Made by a program: the position numbers and the translations under genes
Sequence record: EU863409
Origin: Escherichia phage JS10
DNA: 64,000 nt
Reading direction: 5' to 3' (one strand)
The notes under the pieces: generated by a model
The model's input: only the letters and a program-made list of their open reading frames with translations
Told to the model about the DNA's origin: nothing
Databases searched by the model: none
In this document: positions 51,510 through 61,474 of the stretch, piece by piece
How positions within the stretch are numbered: the stretch's first letter is position 1
Layout of the letters: the number at the start of each line of letters is the position of its first letter

Positions 51510-51893
51510 TTAGGCCTTAAAAGTTTTTTGCAAAAGTTCAATAATTTGGTCGACGTTCTGTTCAGTGACAATGCAATGGATTTGGGTCACGCCGGTCTTA
51601 GTAACAGGTTTGTCAACTTCATCTTGTCCATCATATTCACGGAAGCAATAGAACTCATCTTCATGCAATTCAAAATATTCCTCTAGTGTTCCGTCTGCAC
51701 TAAAAATCTTGCCATTAGCACATTTGATTTTAGTTACAAATTTATCCCCATCTGTGGTCGTTGTATCCTTTACTTCAAACCACCCACCATTTTCTTGGAT
51801 AATATCGACCATATCATTATTATTGATAGGGGTGATATTAATAAAAGCTTTGATACACTCAGGGCGAAGTTCGTATTTTTTACCAATTTTCAT
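51510..51893 (-). CDS. hypothetical protein, tandem paralogue 2
   Basis: ORF 51510..51908; shares a C-terminal pattern with 51898..52269 (EYFEL.E.EF..F.E.DG ... TF). Confidence 0.5.
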   Translation of the reverse strand: MKIGKKYELRPECIKAFINITPINNNDMVDIIQENGGWFEVKDTTTTDGDKFVTKIKCANGKIFSADGTLEEYFELHEDEFYCFREYDGQDEVDKPVTKTGVTQIHCIVTEQNVDQIIELLQKTFKA

Positions 51894-51897
51894 TTTT

Positions 51898-52269
51898 TTA
51901 AATTCCAAAGGTAGCTTTAATCAAGGCAACAACTTCTGCCGCATTTTTGTGGTTTACCTGTACATGGATAGTTTGGGTATCAACGGCAGGAGCATCGCCA
52001 TCAACTTCCAGGAAGTGACAGAATTCCCATTCACCGAGTTCAAAGTACTCATCAGCACCGCCCATACTATTCAGGATGGTGCCATCTTTCATTTCAACTT
52101 TTTCAACAAAATAATCACCTTCAATATAACTCATATCCAGGACTTTGAAGGAATTGCCATGTTGTTCCAACAATCTGACTATGCACGAATTATAATTATC
52201 ATCAGGACTACCAGCGATGAATTGTTTTTTGGCAGCAGGGTCTAATACGTAAAATTTACCAATTTCCAT
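51898..52269 (-). CDS. hypothetical protein, tandem paralogue 1
   Basis: 123 aa; early-promoter cassette and GAGGAAA RBS upstream. Confidence 0.5.
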   Translation of the reverse strand: MEIGKFYVLDPAAKKQFIAGSPDDNYNSCIVRLLEQHGNSFKVLDMSYIEGDYFVEKVEMKDGTILNSMGGADEYFELGEWEFCHFLEVDGDAPAVDTQTIHVQVNHKNAAEVVALIKATFGI

Positions 52270-52327
52270 TTTTATTTCCTCATGTAGTTGATAGGACTAT
52301 AGTATCATGTTTAAAGGCATTGTAAAC
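52267..52327 (-). promoter_or_regulatory. early promoter cassette copy 8
   Basis: GTTTACA-N16-TACTATAGTCCTATCAAC ... ATGAGGAAATAAAA-ATG. Confidence 0.55.
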
Positions 52328-52343
52328 CATTAAATGCCAAAAA

Positions 52344-52363
52344 GGGAAGACCGAAGTCTTCCC
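52344..52363 (-). terminator. rho-independent terminator after gene 32 (GGGAAGAC-CGAA-GTCTTCCC)
   Basis: perfect 8-bp stem followed by TTTTTGG on the minus strand. Confidence 0.7.
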
Positions 52364-52379
52364 ATTATAAATCAATAAC

Positions 52380-53285
52380 TTATAGACCAGCTAACAGGTC
52401 GTCCAGACCATCGTCATCAGAAGGACTTACTGATGGCTCAGGAGTAGTGGAACGGGTCGGTGTAGACGGTTTGGAATCATATGCATCAAGGTCTGCACTG
52501 AATGCGTCCAGGTCATCACCAATCTTATCAGCAGCTGCAGAAGCTTTAGCGGCAGCACCACCAAGAGCAGCAGTACCAACAACTTTCTTAAACTTGGCTT
52601 CGTTAGTTTCAAAGGATTTGAACTCGAGCAGTTTAGAAAGGTCGTGCATTTCTTCCATCAATTTAGCTTGGTAAGCTTCATCATTGATGTTAGGAATTTC
52701 AGACTGACCCATGAATTTGGAATCGTCGTAGTTTTTGAAGTCACCAACTTTCTTAGATTTCAGTACGAAGTTAGCACCATCAAACGGACACGTTACGTCA
52801 ACCGGCACTTCACCAATATCAGTATCAACTTCAACCATCTGGTTGATTTTATCCATAATTTTCTGACCGAAACGGAATTTAAACACTTTACCTTCGTTAG
52901 CAGGCACTGCACTATCCTTAATAACAAGGATATTAGCCCAGAAGGAAGTTTTACGTTTCATCAGTTTGTATTCGGCGTTATTAGTATTATACGTATCGTT
53001 CTGGTTCATGTATTTACATACAGGACAAGAATCGAAATCACCGTGAGTAGACGTACAGTTTTCAATATACCATTGACCATTTTTCTTAAAGCCGTGGTTA
53101 ACGAGCTTAACGAATGGAGATGGATTTTCTTCGTTTTTCGAAGGTAGGAAACGAATTACCGCAGTACCAACACCATTGTCATCTTTCAATTTCCATTCAG
53201 CTTTATCATCGGAAGAGAAAGAAGAACCACCTTTCATTGCAGACAGTTGAGCAGCCAGTTGGGAAGGGTCTTTACGTTTGAACAT
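52380..53285 (-). CDS. 32: single-stranded DNA-binding protein gp32
   Basis: 301 aa (same as T4 gp32); acidic C-terminal tail. Confidence 0.95.
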   Translation of the reverse strand: MFKRKDPSQLAAQLSAMKGGSSFSSDDKAEWKLKDDNGVGTAVIRFLPSKNEENPSPFVKLVNHGFKKNGQWYIENCTSTHGDFDSCPVCKYMNQNDTYNTNNAEYKLMKRKTSFWANILVIKDSAVPANEGKVFKFRFGQKIMDKINQMVEVDTDIGEVPVDVTCPFDGANFVLKSKKVGDFKNYDDSKFMGQSEIPNINDEAYQAKLMEEMHDLSKLLEFKSFETNEAKFKKVVGTAALGGAAAKASAAADKIGDDLDAFSADLDAYDSKPSTPTRSTTPEPSVSPSDDDGLDDLLAGL

Positions 53286-53375
53286 ATTATTTACCTTAGC
53301 AGATTTTAGCAGTTGTATTTTATTAACAGTTTTTAACAGATTGAGTTAGTATATTAACACATTTAATATGAAGCA
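53286..53375 (-). promoter_or_regulatory. gene 32 5' leader, candidate translational operator
   Basis: 90-nt A/U-rich leader with repeated UUAAA/UAAAA elements, read on the minus strand. Confidence 0.4.
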
Positions 53376-54029
53376 TTAAAACTTACAAGATTTGATAGTT
53401 TCAATGAACAATTTACGAGCTTCTAAATTATCGATTATAAGAATTTTCTTATAAGCATTTAATTTAGTCGAATACTTAGACCACACTAAATCGTTGGTCT
53501 GTTCATCATGTTTATTTATTATATCCATAAATGAATCAAGCAAAATAAACGTTTCGAATGAAATAACATTCGATTGAAGGAGCTTAAAAATATAGCTCGA
53601 GTTAACTTTTTTATTATATTCAAAAATTTCAGAAAGCGCTTGAACTTCCACTTTCTTACTGAAATAATAGATGTTTTTGATATCATCCTCAAAAACTTGT
53701 TTTATTCTTTTAAGTCTACCGATATATTCTCGGTAAAAGACTAAGGCGTCAGCATCACTGATGTCGCCAATCCATGCGTCTTGGTTAGCCACCAAGTTAC
53801 TCATGAAGATAAGAGCAAGCTCTTTCAAAGTGTATTTATCACTCAATTTCTCGAAGAAATATTTGTCACGACGTTTTTGGTAAGCCGTATCAGAGATTCG
53901 CATGACCCAGTTATATTTTATAACGTCGTATTTGGCGTTGAAGTGATGTTTGAGCATTAAGTATAGTGAATATACGCTCTTACCATTCACCATACGATTA
54001 TTGTTTGGTGGCATGCGAATCTTAATCAT
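53376..54029 (-). CDS. 59: helicase loader gp59
   Basis: 217 aa (same as T4 gp59); position between 33 and 32. Confidence 0.85.
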   Translation of the reverse strand: MIKIRMPPNNNRMVNGKSVYSLYLMLKHHFNAKYDVIKYNWVMRISDTAYQKRRDKYFFEKLSDKYTLKELALIFMSNLVANQDAWIGDISDADALVFYREYIGRLKRIKQVFEDDIKNIYYFSKKVEVQALSEIFEYNKKVNSSYIFKLLQSNVISFETFILLDSFMDIINKHDEQTNDLVWSKYSTKLNAYKKILIIDNLEARKLFIETIKSCKF

Positions 54030-54328
54030 AACAAGAAATCCAGGGTATTAGTTTTTTGCGTTCGTGCCATTGAAGGCCGAAGCAAGTTATCATCAATGGC
54101 CTCGTTCATAATTTTATCAATAATTCCTGCAGGCAAATAACGAGCAAAGTTACCTTCAGGGATGCTGTTCTCTTCCAACCATGCGGTAGCCGCTTCGAGG
54201 TAACTACAACCTTCAGCCTCAACAAAGGCCTCAATATCAAGGCCATTCTGTTGTTTATTTACCAATACATGGACAGGTTCAGAAGCGGTATTAACCGCTC
54301 CATCAAAATCATTCAAAGATTGTGTCAT
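54026..54328 (-). CDS. 33: late transcription co-activator gp33
   Basis: 100 aa, acidic; position between dsbA and 59. Confidence 0.65.
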   Translation of the reverse strand: MTQSLNDFDGAVNTASEPVHVLVNKQQNGLDIEAFVEAEGCSYLEAATAWLEENSIPEGNFARYLPAGIIDKIMNEAIDDNLLRPSMARTQKTNTLDFLL

Positions 54329-54587
54329 ACAGTTCTACCACTTCAGTTTTTTCGTCTTCGAAACGTTCACGAGTGCCTTTATGATACAGGGAGAACAGCT
54401 GGTTAAACATTTTACCGTCTACACCAAGTTCGGTCTTAGCACGGTCTTTGATATCTTTAATTTCGTCACCATATGCTTCCATTTTTAATTTGGTATCGGA
54501 AGCAGTTTTAATCAATTGGGCTAGGGTATTACCATGTTCTTCTTGGTTGAATTCAACTTTCACTTTTTCTTTAGCCATTATATTCAC
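54309..54587 (-). CDS. dsbA: DsbA (double-stranded DNA-binding protein)
   Basis: 92 aa (T4 DsbA about 89 aa); position next to rnh. Confidence 0.7.
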   Translation of the reverse strand: MNIMAKEKVKVEFNQEEHGNTLAQLIKTASDTKLKMEAYGDEIKDIKDRAKTELGVDGKMFNQLFSLYHKGTRERFEDEKTEVVELYDTIFE

Positions 54588-54588
54588 C

Positions 54589-55536
54589 TTAATAAAAATC
54601 AGCTACTGTAGCAGTTAGTTTAGACAAACCTGATTTAACGAAATAAGGATAAACTTTAGATTTCGAAGGTTTGTCATACGTATTATATCTTTCAGTAATT
54701 AAAGCAACAATATCATCTGGGATAAAGTCCATATCAATTAAGATTTGGTTTTCACAGAAACGTTCATATTGTTCCTCAGTAAGAAGTGTTTTAATTATAT
54801 CATGGTCATAATAATTCAGAGCAATTGCTTCAAGTTCCTTGGCACGAGTGCTAGGAGTACGTTCGCCTTCAACCATTGTCAACCAATAATCACCACGAAC
54901 TTTAATACTTGCAACGTTGTCCTTGCGGTCACCTTTAATAACCTTAGTCACGCAATCAAGCAGAGCATCACCAGATTTTGTTTTGACGAATTTTTTCTGC
55001 ATTGGAGACCATTGTTTTACACCAGGGAATTTATGAAGTTGGGTAAAGTCACCATCAGAAGAGCCAATCATAACAGGATGGCCTAAAGCCGTAAGGATGC
55101 GAGTCAATACAGCAATATGGTCATCAGCCTCGATTGTATCGATATTCATAACAATATAAGGCATGTTTTGTTCAAGCTCATCCACAATAATATGCATTGC
55201 AGTGAATAAGCCTTCCCAATCAAATGGTGATTCGTCACGTGCCTTGGCACGGTTTTTCTTATAATAAGAAGAATATCGACGACGCCAATAACCTGATTTA
55301 GAGTTATCAACACAAATGATTAATTGGTTGTAACCTTGTTTTTTAAAGTCTTTAATGTTTTTCTTAATTGAATTCAACACGAGGTGTCGAAGCATTGCTG
55401 TGGTTACTTTAGGAAATCCAGCGTTTTCACCAAATTCTTGGAAGGCTGCCGCCATAATGATTTGGCTGAAATCCAGGAGTAAAAATCCGTCTTTTTGTTG
55501 GTCTTCTTCAGGAAGTAAAAAATCTAAATCGTTCAT
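54589..55536 (-). CDS. rnh: RNase H (5'-3' flap exonuclease)
   Basis: 315 aa (T4 RNase H about 305 aa); acidic FEN-family clusters; position upstream of gene 34. Confidence 0.85.
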   Translation of the reverse strand: MNDLDFLLPEEDQQKDGFLLLDFSQIIMAAAFQEFGENAGFPKVTTAMLRHLVLNSIKKNIKDFKKQGYNQLIICVDNSKSGYWRRRYSSYYKKNRAKARDESPFDWEGLFTAMHIIVDELEQNMPYIVMNIDTIEADDHIAVLTRILTALGHPVMIGSSDGDFTQLHKFPGVKQWSPMQKKFVKTKSGDALLDCVTKVIKGDRKDNVASIKVRGDYWLTMVEGERTPSTRAKELEAIALNYYDHDIIKTLLTEEQYERFCENQILIDMDFIPDDIVALITERYNTYDKPSKSKVYPYFVKSGLSKLTATVADFY

Positions 55537-55567
55537 ATGAACCTCTGTCCAATTAGTGTAGAAGGTT

Positions 55568-55596
55568 ATTATATCATGGCCCTGGAAGAAGTAAAC
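55568..55596 (-). promoter_or_regulatory. candidate early promoter for rnh (GTTTAC-N17-TATAAT)
   Basis: minus strand reads GTTTAC ttcttccagggccatga TATAAT about 30 bp upstream of the rnh ATG. Confidence 0.45.
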
Positions 55597-55603
55597 ACTT
55601 TGC

Positions 55604-55611
55604 TATAAATA
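55604..55611 (+). promoter_or_regulatory. late promoter box TATAAATA for gene 34
   Basis: exact TATAAATA about 33 bp upstream of the gene 34 ATG. Confidence 0.55.
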
Positions 55612-55643
55612 GTTCTATACCCTGAAAACGAAAAGGAAATAAA

Positions 55644-58600
55644 ATGGCTGATATTTTAAAACCTGCATTCCGTGCTACATCCGGACTCGATGCTGCGGGC
55701 GAGAAAGTTATCAATGTTGCCAAAGCCGATTACAATGTACTAGATGATGGCGTCAACGTTGAATTCTTTATAGATGAGAACACCATCCAGGCGTACGACG
55801 AGACGCGCGGATATAAGAAAGGGTTTGCCGTAATCCATGACCAACGTATTTGGGTTGCTCAACGTGATATCGCTGCACCATCTGGAACTTTTGTACCCGG
55901 TTATTGGACTGCTACCCGTACTGACCCTAAATGGATTACAGTAGCATCTCCTACGCGCCAGTTGGCTTCCGGTGAATATATTGCGGTGGACTCAGCTGCT
56001 AGCTTTACTACATTTACTCTGCCTCCTAACCCTACTGATGGTGATACCATTGTAATCAAGGATATCGGTGGCCGTGTAGGTTATAATGAAATCAAGGTTC
56101 AATCTAGTTCTGCTCCAGGCGGCGGTAATCAGAAAATTGTTCGATTTGGTAACCAGTTCTCTGAAACTCTGATAACCAAACCTTTTTCTTATAACATGCT
56201 TATCTTTGCTAACCGTCTTTGGCATTTCTGGGAAGCAGGTAACGAAGAACGTGGTATTCGCGTAGAGCCTAATACTGCACAGTTCCAAGCTCAAGCGGGT
56301 GATAACGTTTTACGTCGTTATACTTCAGGTGCAGTAATTAAATTTACTCTTCCTAAGTATGCGAACCAAGGTGATATGGTTAAAACCGTAGATATCGATG
56401 GTCTTGGAAGTAAGTTCCACTTAATCGTTGAAACCTTTGATGCATCGTCTTCATTAGGTAAGCCTGGTCAGCATAGCATGGAATTCCGTACCTCTGGTGA
56501 TGGGTTCTTTGTTTATAACTCTGTTGAAAAAGTGTGGTATGTTTGGGACGGTGACCGCCAAACTCGACTGCGTGTTATTCGTGATGACGTAGAACTTTTG
56601 GCTAACGAAAGTATTATTGTTTTTGGTCCTAATAACACAACTCCACAAACTATTAATATCACTTTACCTACTAGCGTAGCACAAGGCGATACTATTAAAA
56701 TCGCATTGAACTATCTTCGTAAAGCACAGACAGTAAATATTAAGGCTGCTGTAGGTGATAAAATTGCTTCTTCGGTCCAATTGCTCCAGTTCCCTAAACG
56801 TTCTGAATATCCACCAGATACTGAATGGGTGTTGAATGACGTATTGACCTTTAATGGTAATATAAGTTATACCCCGGTTATTGAACTGAGTTATATCGAA
56901 GACACCACTACAGGCGGTAAATATTGGGTTGTTGCCCAGAACGTTCCTACGGTAGAACGTGTGGATTCTAAGGATGATTTAACTCGTGCTCGTCTTGGTG
57001 TTATTGCCCTTGCGTCTCAGACCCAGGCAAACGTCGACCATGAAAATAATCCTGAAAAAGAACTTGCAATTACTCCGCAGACTTTAGCTAATCGTGTTGC
57101 CACTGAAACTCGTCGTGGTATTGCTCGTATTGCTACGACTGCTCAGGTGAACCAAGACACCACTTTCGCTTTCCAGGATGATTTGATTATTTCTCCTAAG
57201 AAATTAAACGAACGTACTGCAACCGAAACTCGTCGTGGTGTAGCCGAAATTGCTACGCAACAGGAAACTGATGCTGGTGTTGACGATACCACCATTATTA
57301 CTCCTAAGAAGCTACAGACGCGCCAGGGCACTGAAAGTCTTTCAGGTATTGTAAAATATACCTCTACGGTAGACACCACTCCTGCGACTGCTAGGGACAC
57401 TGTAGGTACTAACGTTTATAATAAGAACGTAGGCAATTTGGTTATTTCTCCTAAAGCTTTAGACCAATATAAAGCTACTCAAGCCCAACAAGGTACGGTA
57501 TATCTTTCTACCCAGTCAGAAGTTAATACCGGACAATCTGCTAGCGGATTTGCTAACAGTGCAGTTTCTCCTGAAACGTTGCATGCCCGTGTGGCTCTTG
57601 ATACTCGTACAGGGTTAATTGAAATTGCTACGCAAGTAGAGACAGATACTGGAACAGATTATACTCGTGCGGTAACGCCTAAAACGTTAAATGATAGGAA
57701 AGCTACGGAAGGATTGACTGGTATTGCTAGAATTGCAACCCAAGAAGAATTTGATGCAGGCACGTTAGATAATGTTATTTCAACTCCGTTGAAAATTAAA
57801 ACAAGACTTAATGATACTGCTAGAACTTCTGTCTCAGCAGCCAGCGGTTTGATTGAATCAGGAACCTTATGGAACCATTATACACTAGATATTAGAGAAG
57901 CAAATGAGACCCAACGTGGTACCGCTCGTCTGGCTACCCAGACCGAAGTCAATGTTGGCACCGATGACAAAACCATCATCACTCCTTTGAAATTACACTC
58001 TAAAAAATCTACTGAAAGTTCTGAAGGTATTATTCGTGTTGCAACGAATACCGAAACCACTGCAGGAACTTCTAAAGTTCTGGCTGTAAGCCCTTCTGGT
58101 TTAAAATATGTAGTACAGTCCGAAACCACTTGGGAAGCTACTGCACTTCGCCGTGGATTTGTTAAATTGACCGAAGGTGCTTTGACTTACTCAGGAAATA
58201 AAGTTACCGGTTCTGGTGTTAAATTTAACTCAGGTACAGGCCTTTATGAGAACGACGATACTGTTCTGAATGCAGCCAACTATCCTAAAACAGGTTATGC
58301 GGTTTCATCTTACGAGATGAATAAAACTTTACAGAACTTTTTACCTATAAATGCTACGGCTGTGAACTCCGAGAAATTGGATGGCCTGGATTCACTTCAG
58401 TTCATTCGTAGAGACGTCGACCAAACGGTTAATGGTTCTTTAACCCTAACCAAACAATTGAACCTGGCAGCCCCTCTGGTGTCTTCTAGTACTGCTACAT
58501 TTACGGATGTTACAGCTACTAATTCTACCTTTGGTACAGTGAACGTTGTTAACGGAACTAATAAATGGAAAATAACATCTCCATCTACTGGAACTACGTT

Positions 58601-59612
58601 AACTATCGGCGATACTACTAACGTATTGACATTAAACACTGCTACAGGTAATGTTGCTGCACTTAATAACCTTAGCGCTGGTAATGATGTTCAGGCCAAA
58701 AATAACTTTGTGTTAAATGGAAGAACTATCGCAACCACCACTGGTGAAGCTTCTGGTGCTACATTGTCTTTAGGCGATAACTCACAGAATTTAGTGCTCA
58801 AAACTCTTGATGCTGGTAATATCGTAGCTAATGGTGGCGGTGCTTATAAAGTTCTTACCGAGAAAAACGCAGTAGAAATTGTAGACAGAAACTTTGTTAA
58901 CCAAGCCGGTGATACAATGTCCGGTGTACTCCGTGTGAATGCCCCGGTTCGTGTATTTGGTACTAAGCCTACATTAGCTTCTCAGGTTCCTACGGCAGAG
59001 ACAGTTGGCTTCTGGTCTGTTGATATCAATGACGAGGCTACTTATAGTAAGTTCCCTGGTTATTGGACTATGAAGACCAAACGTCAAGTTAATATTGACA
59101 CGGTCCAAACTAAACCTGCTGGTGTTTCTGATGAGATATGGAATGCTTCTGGTTGGTTAACAGAAACCGGTGCATTTAGTTCTCCGGCCATTCGTTATCG
59201 TAACGAAGACGGTAGTTTTGGTGATGAAGTTCTTGGTACGTCTGGTCAGAAATTACGTGGTGCTTGGTTTGATTATTCTGTTCGTGATAAGGAAGTTAAA
59301 TATCCTGGTACATTAACTCAGTTTGGTAATACGTTAGATTCATGTTATCAGGATTGGGTGTGTTATCCTACAGGACTGAATGGCGGTACTATTCGCTATA
59401 CCCGCACCTGGCAGAAGAATAAAAACGCATGGACTACGTTCTCAATGGTCTATACGGCAGATAACCCTCCTTCTGCGGAAGATGTTGGTGCACTGCCGGC
59501 AGATAACGCTACAATGGGTAACATTACAATCCTCGATTGGTTGCGTATTGGTAACGTTCGCATTATTCCTGACCCAGTCACTAAATCCGTTAAGTTTGAG
59601 TGGATTGAATAA
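55644..59612 (+). CDS. 34: long tail fibre proximal subunit gp34
   Basis: 1322 aa; matches T4 gp34 as recalled (TETRRGIARIATTAQVN, TETRRGVAEIATQQE, LDGLDSLQFIRRD, C-terminal VKFEW); position. Confidence 0.9.
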   Translation: MADILKPAFRATSGLDAAGEKVINVAKADYNVLDDGVNVEFFIDENTIQAYDETRGYKKGFAVIHDQRIWVAQRDIAAPSGTFVPGYWTATRTDPKWITVASPTRQLASGEYIAVDSAASFTTFTLPPNPTDGDTIVIKDIGGRVGYNEIKVQSSSAPGGGNQKIVRFGNQFSETLITKPFSYNMLIFANRLWHFWEAGNEERGIRVEPNTAQFQAQAGDNVLRRYTSGAVIKFTLPKYANQGDMVKTVDIDGLGSKFHLIVETFDASSSLGKPGQHSMEFRTSGDGFFVYNSVEKVWYVWDGDRQTRLRVIRDDVELLANESIIVFGPNNTTPQTINITLPTSVAQGDTIKIALNYLRKAQTVNIKAAVGDKIASSVQLLQFPKRSEYPPDTEWVLNDVLTFNGNISYTPVIELSYIEDTTTGGKYWVVAQNVPTVERVDSKDDLTRARLGVIALASQTQANVDHENNPEKELAITPQTLANRVATETRRGIARIATTAQVNQDTTFAFQDDLIISPKKLNERTATETRRGVAEIATQQETDAGVDDTTIITPKKLQTRQGTESLSGIVKYTSTVDTTPATARDTVGTNVYNKNVGNLVISPKALDQYKATQAQQGTVYLSTQSEVNTGQSASGFANSAVSPETLHARVALDTRTGLIEIATQVETDTGTDYTRAVTPKTLNDRKATEGLTGIARIATQEEFDAGTLDNVISTPLKIKTRLNDTARTSVSAASGLIESGTLWNHYTLDIREANETQRGTARLATQTEVNVGTDDKTIITPLKLHSKKSTESSEGIIRVATNTETTAGTSKVLAVSPSGLKYVVQSETTWEATALRRGFVKLTEGALTYSGNKVTGSGVKFNSGTGLYENDDTVLNAANYPKTGYAVSSYEMNKTLQNFLPINATAVNSEKLDGLDSLQFIRRDVDQTVNGSLTLTKQLNLAAPLVSSSTATFTDVTATNSTFGTVNVVNGTNKWKITSPSTGTTLTIGDTTNVLTLNTATGNVAALNNLSAGNDVQAKNNFVLNGRTIATTTGEASGATLSLGDNSQNLVLKTLDAGNIVANGGGAYKVLTEKNAVEIVDRNFVNQAGDTMSGVLRVNAPVRVFGTKPTLASQVPTAETVGFWSVDINDEATYSKFPGYWTMKTKRQVNIDTVQTKPAGVSDEIWNASGWLTETGAFSSPAIRYRNEDGSFGDEVLGTSGQKLRGAWFDYSVRDKEVKYPGTLTQFGNTLDSCYQDWVCYPTGLNGGTIRYTRTWQKNKNAWTTFSMVYTADNPPSAEDVGALPADNATMGNITILDWLRIGNVRIIPDPVTKSVKFEWIE

Positions 59613-59620
59613 GAGGTATT

Positions 59621-60742
59621 ATGGAAAGATTTATGGCAGAATTTGGACAAGGATATGTCCAGGTTCCTACATTATCTGAAAACAATGCTGTAAGGTATAA
59701 ACTTAGTATAGCTGGTAGTTGTACTAAGTCTACTAAAAAAGCGTATGTTAAATTTCAAGATGGGGACTTCGGTCCCCAGAATTTTCAAAATGGACTAAAC
59801 CTTATAGAAATTGATGTTAGTGCCGAACCTAAAGTGGTGGCTAACAAAACTTATAGCTTTACAAAAGATTTTGATGTTATCTCTGAAGCTTTTATTACTT
59901 ACATAAGTTCAATACCAGCCAATAGAATAGTTTGTTTAGTATCTTCTGGTAGATTAAATGCTTCACAAAATCTTATTGATTGGTTCCGTGCAGCAGGAAG
60001 TACCGCATTTCCATCTAAATGGCTAATAGACCGCTTCGAGCCGTCTTATTCAGCCTTTTACGTGTCCGGTAGAAATACTATAGTGATGGAACACGTCCTT
60101 TATAATGATGGGGTGTTTGTTGAAGATGTTTCTACACCATTAGAAGTCGTTTTTGACGATATCAGTGATGTAGGCGGGACCGGGTATCCTATAAGAATAG
60201 TAGAAGATGAAAACACTTATCTAAGTAATGGTGGAGAAGAAATAAAACGTTTCCCTACCGAATCTCCTACTACTCCTTGCGCCGATTATAACATGAAGCC
60301 TGGGGAATTCTTTTATCTTAAATTCCAAATGATGTGTGACCAGGAATTAAAAGATTTAGGGACCTCTCAGATGTCTGTTAGATTTTTTAATGCCTCAGGT
60401 GCTTTAACAGGGTCGGTTAATATGGAAGTTCCACCTAATGTCCCTGCTGGGTCTTGGATGACTTTTGAGCGGGTAATTGAAGTTCCTGCTAATACTGAAA
60501 CATTTACATTGTATGCAAGAAAAACAGTGGCCGATGGAGTCGGCGGTGTACGTAATGTGATGTTTGGGGAAGTATCAGAGCCAGAATCACAGCCTAAATC
60601 AGCCGAATTTGGTGTAAATGGTATTCGTATGAATTTCGGTACCGAAACTAAGAATATGGGTACTACCATAGCCCAGTTATACGATAAAACAGGTACTAAA
60701 CCGGGACAGGTTTGGGTGTCTGAATTTAGAGAAAAATATTAA
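59621..60742 (+). CDS. 35: long tail fibre hinge protein gp35
   Basis: 373 aa (T4 gp35 about 372 aa); TAAGAGGTATT-ATG junction after gene 34. Confidence 0.8.
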   Translation: MERFMAEFGQGYVQVPTLSENNAVRYKLSIAGSCTKSTKKAYVKFQDGDFGPQNFQNGLNLIEIDVSAEPKVVANKTYSFTKDFDVISEAFITYISSIPANRIVCLVSSGRLNASQNLIDWFRAAGSTAFPSKWLIDRFEPSYSAFYVSGRNTIVMEHVLYNDGVFVEDVSTPLEVVFDDISDVGGTGYPIRIVEDENTYLSNGGEEIKRFPTESPTTPCADYNMKPGEFFYLKFQMMCDQELKDLGTSQMSVRFFNASGALTGSVNMEVPPNVPAGSWMTFERVIEVPANTETFTLYARKTVADGVGGVRNVMFGEVSEPESQPKSAEFGVNGIRMNFGTETKNMGTTIAQLYDKTGTKPGQVWVSEFREKY

Positions 60743-60760
60743 GGAACCTTCGGGTTCCTT
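60741..60760 (+). terminator. hairpin AAGGAACC-TTCG-GGTTCCTT after gene 35
   Basis: perfect 8-bp stem, TTCG loop, followed by TTTTCGTTTTC. Confidence 0.65.
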
Positions 60761-60818
60761 TTTCGTTTTCTACAGCCATAAATATATAAAAAGGCTATAA
60801 CTCCCAAAGGAAACTCAA

Positions 60819-61466
60819 ATGGCAGATTTAAAATTAGGTTCTACAGCAGGAGGTTCGGTATTATGGCACCAAGGTAATTTTCCTTTAACGCCTGTATCAA
60901 ACGACCTTCTTTACAAAACATATAAAGTTTACACCGAGTATAATAAACCTCAAGCAGTTGATAACGATTTCGTTTCAAAAGCTAACGGTGGTAATTATCA
61001 GAACAACGTGTATTTTGAAAAAGGTTTGACCTTTAATGATACTAATGGATATGGTATTAAATTAGGAGCAAGAACCGCCGGAGCCCCTTTCACAGCTTCT
61101 TTCCGTATTAAAGGTGCTTTTGGATATGAAACGGAAGATGGTACTCCGTTTATGATATTTGACCCAAGTACAGTAGTAGGTGCTAAACGCCTCACAGTAA
61201 TGGGTGATTCATTATTCCGTCAAGTTTATGACGAATCAGGTCGTGTATTCAGCCCAGGCAACACCCCTACTAAAGCTCAAGTAGGATTATCGTTAGTAGA
61301 TAACGCAAAACAGGTCCAAATAAATAATACTAACATGCAAACAATGACCGGAGTACTTGCTGCTCCTAACTTTATTTCGCTGAATCCGGCCTCTGACGCA
61401 GGACACGTTCCTCGTTTTGACCAGATTGTCATTAAAGATTCTATTCAAGATTTTGGTTATTATTAA
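60819..61466 (+). CDS. 36: long tail fibre distal subunit gp36
   Basis: 215 aa (T4 gp36 about 221 aa); CATAAATA about 35 bp upstream (7/8 match to the late box). Confidence 0.8.
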   Translation: MADLKLGSTAGGSVLWHQGNFPLTPVSNDLLYKTYKVYTEYNKPQAVDNDFVSKANGGNYQNNVYFEKGLTFNDTNGYGIKLGARTAGAPFTASFRIKGAFGYETEDGTPFMIFDPSTVVGAKRLTVMGDSLFRQVYDESGRVFSPGNTPTKAQVGLSLVDNAKQVQINNTNMQTMTGVLAAPNFISLNPASDAGHVPRFDQIVIKDSIQDFGYY

Positions 61467-61474
61467 GAGGCATT

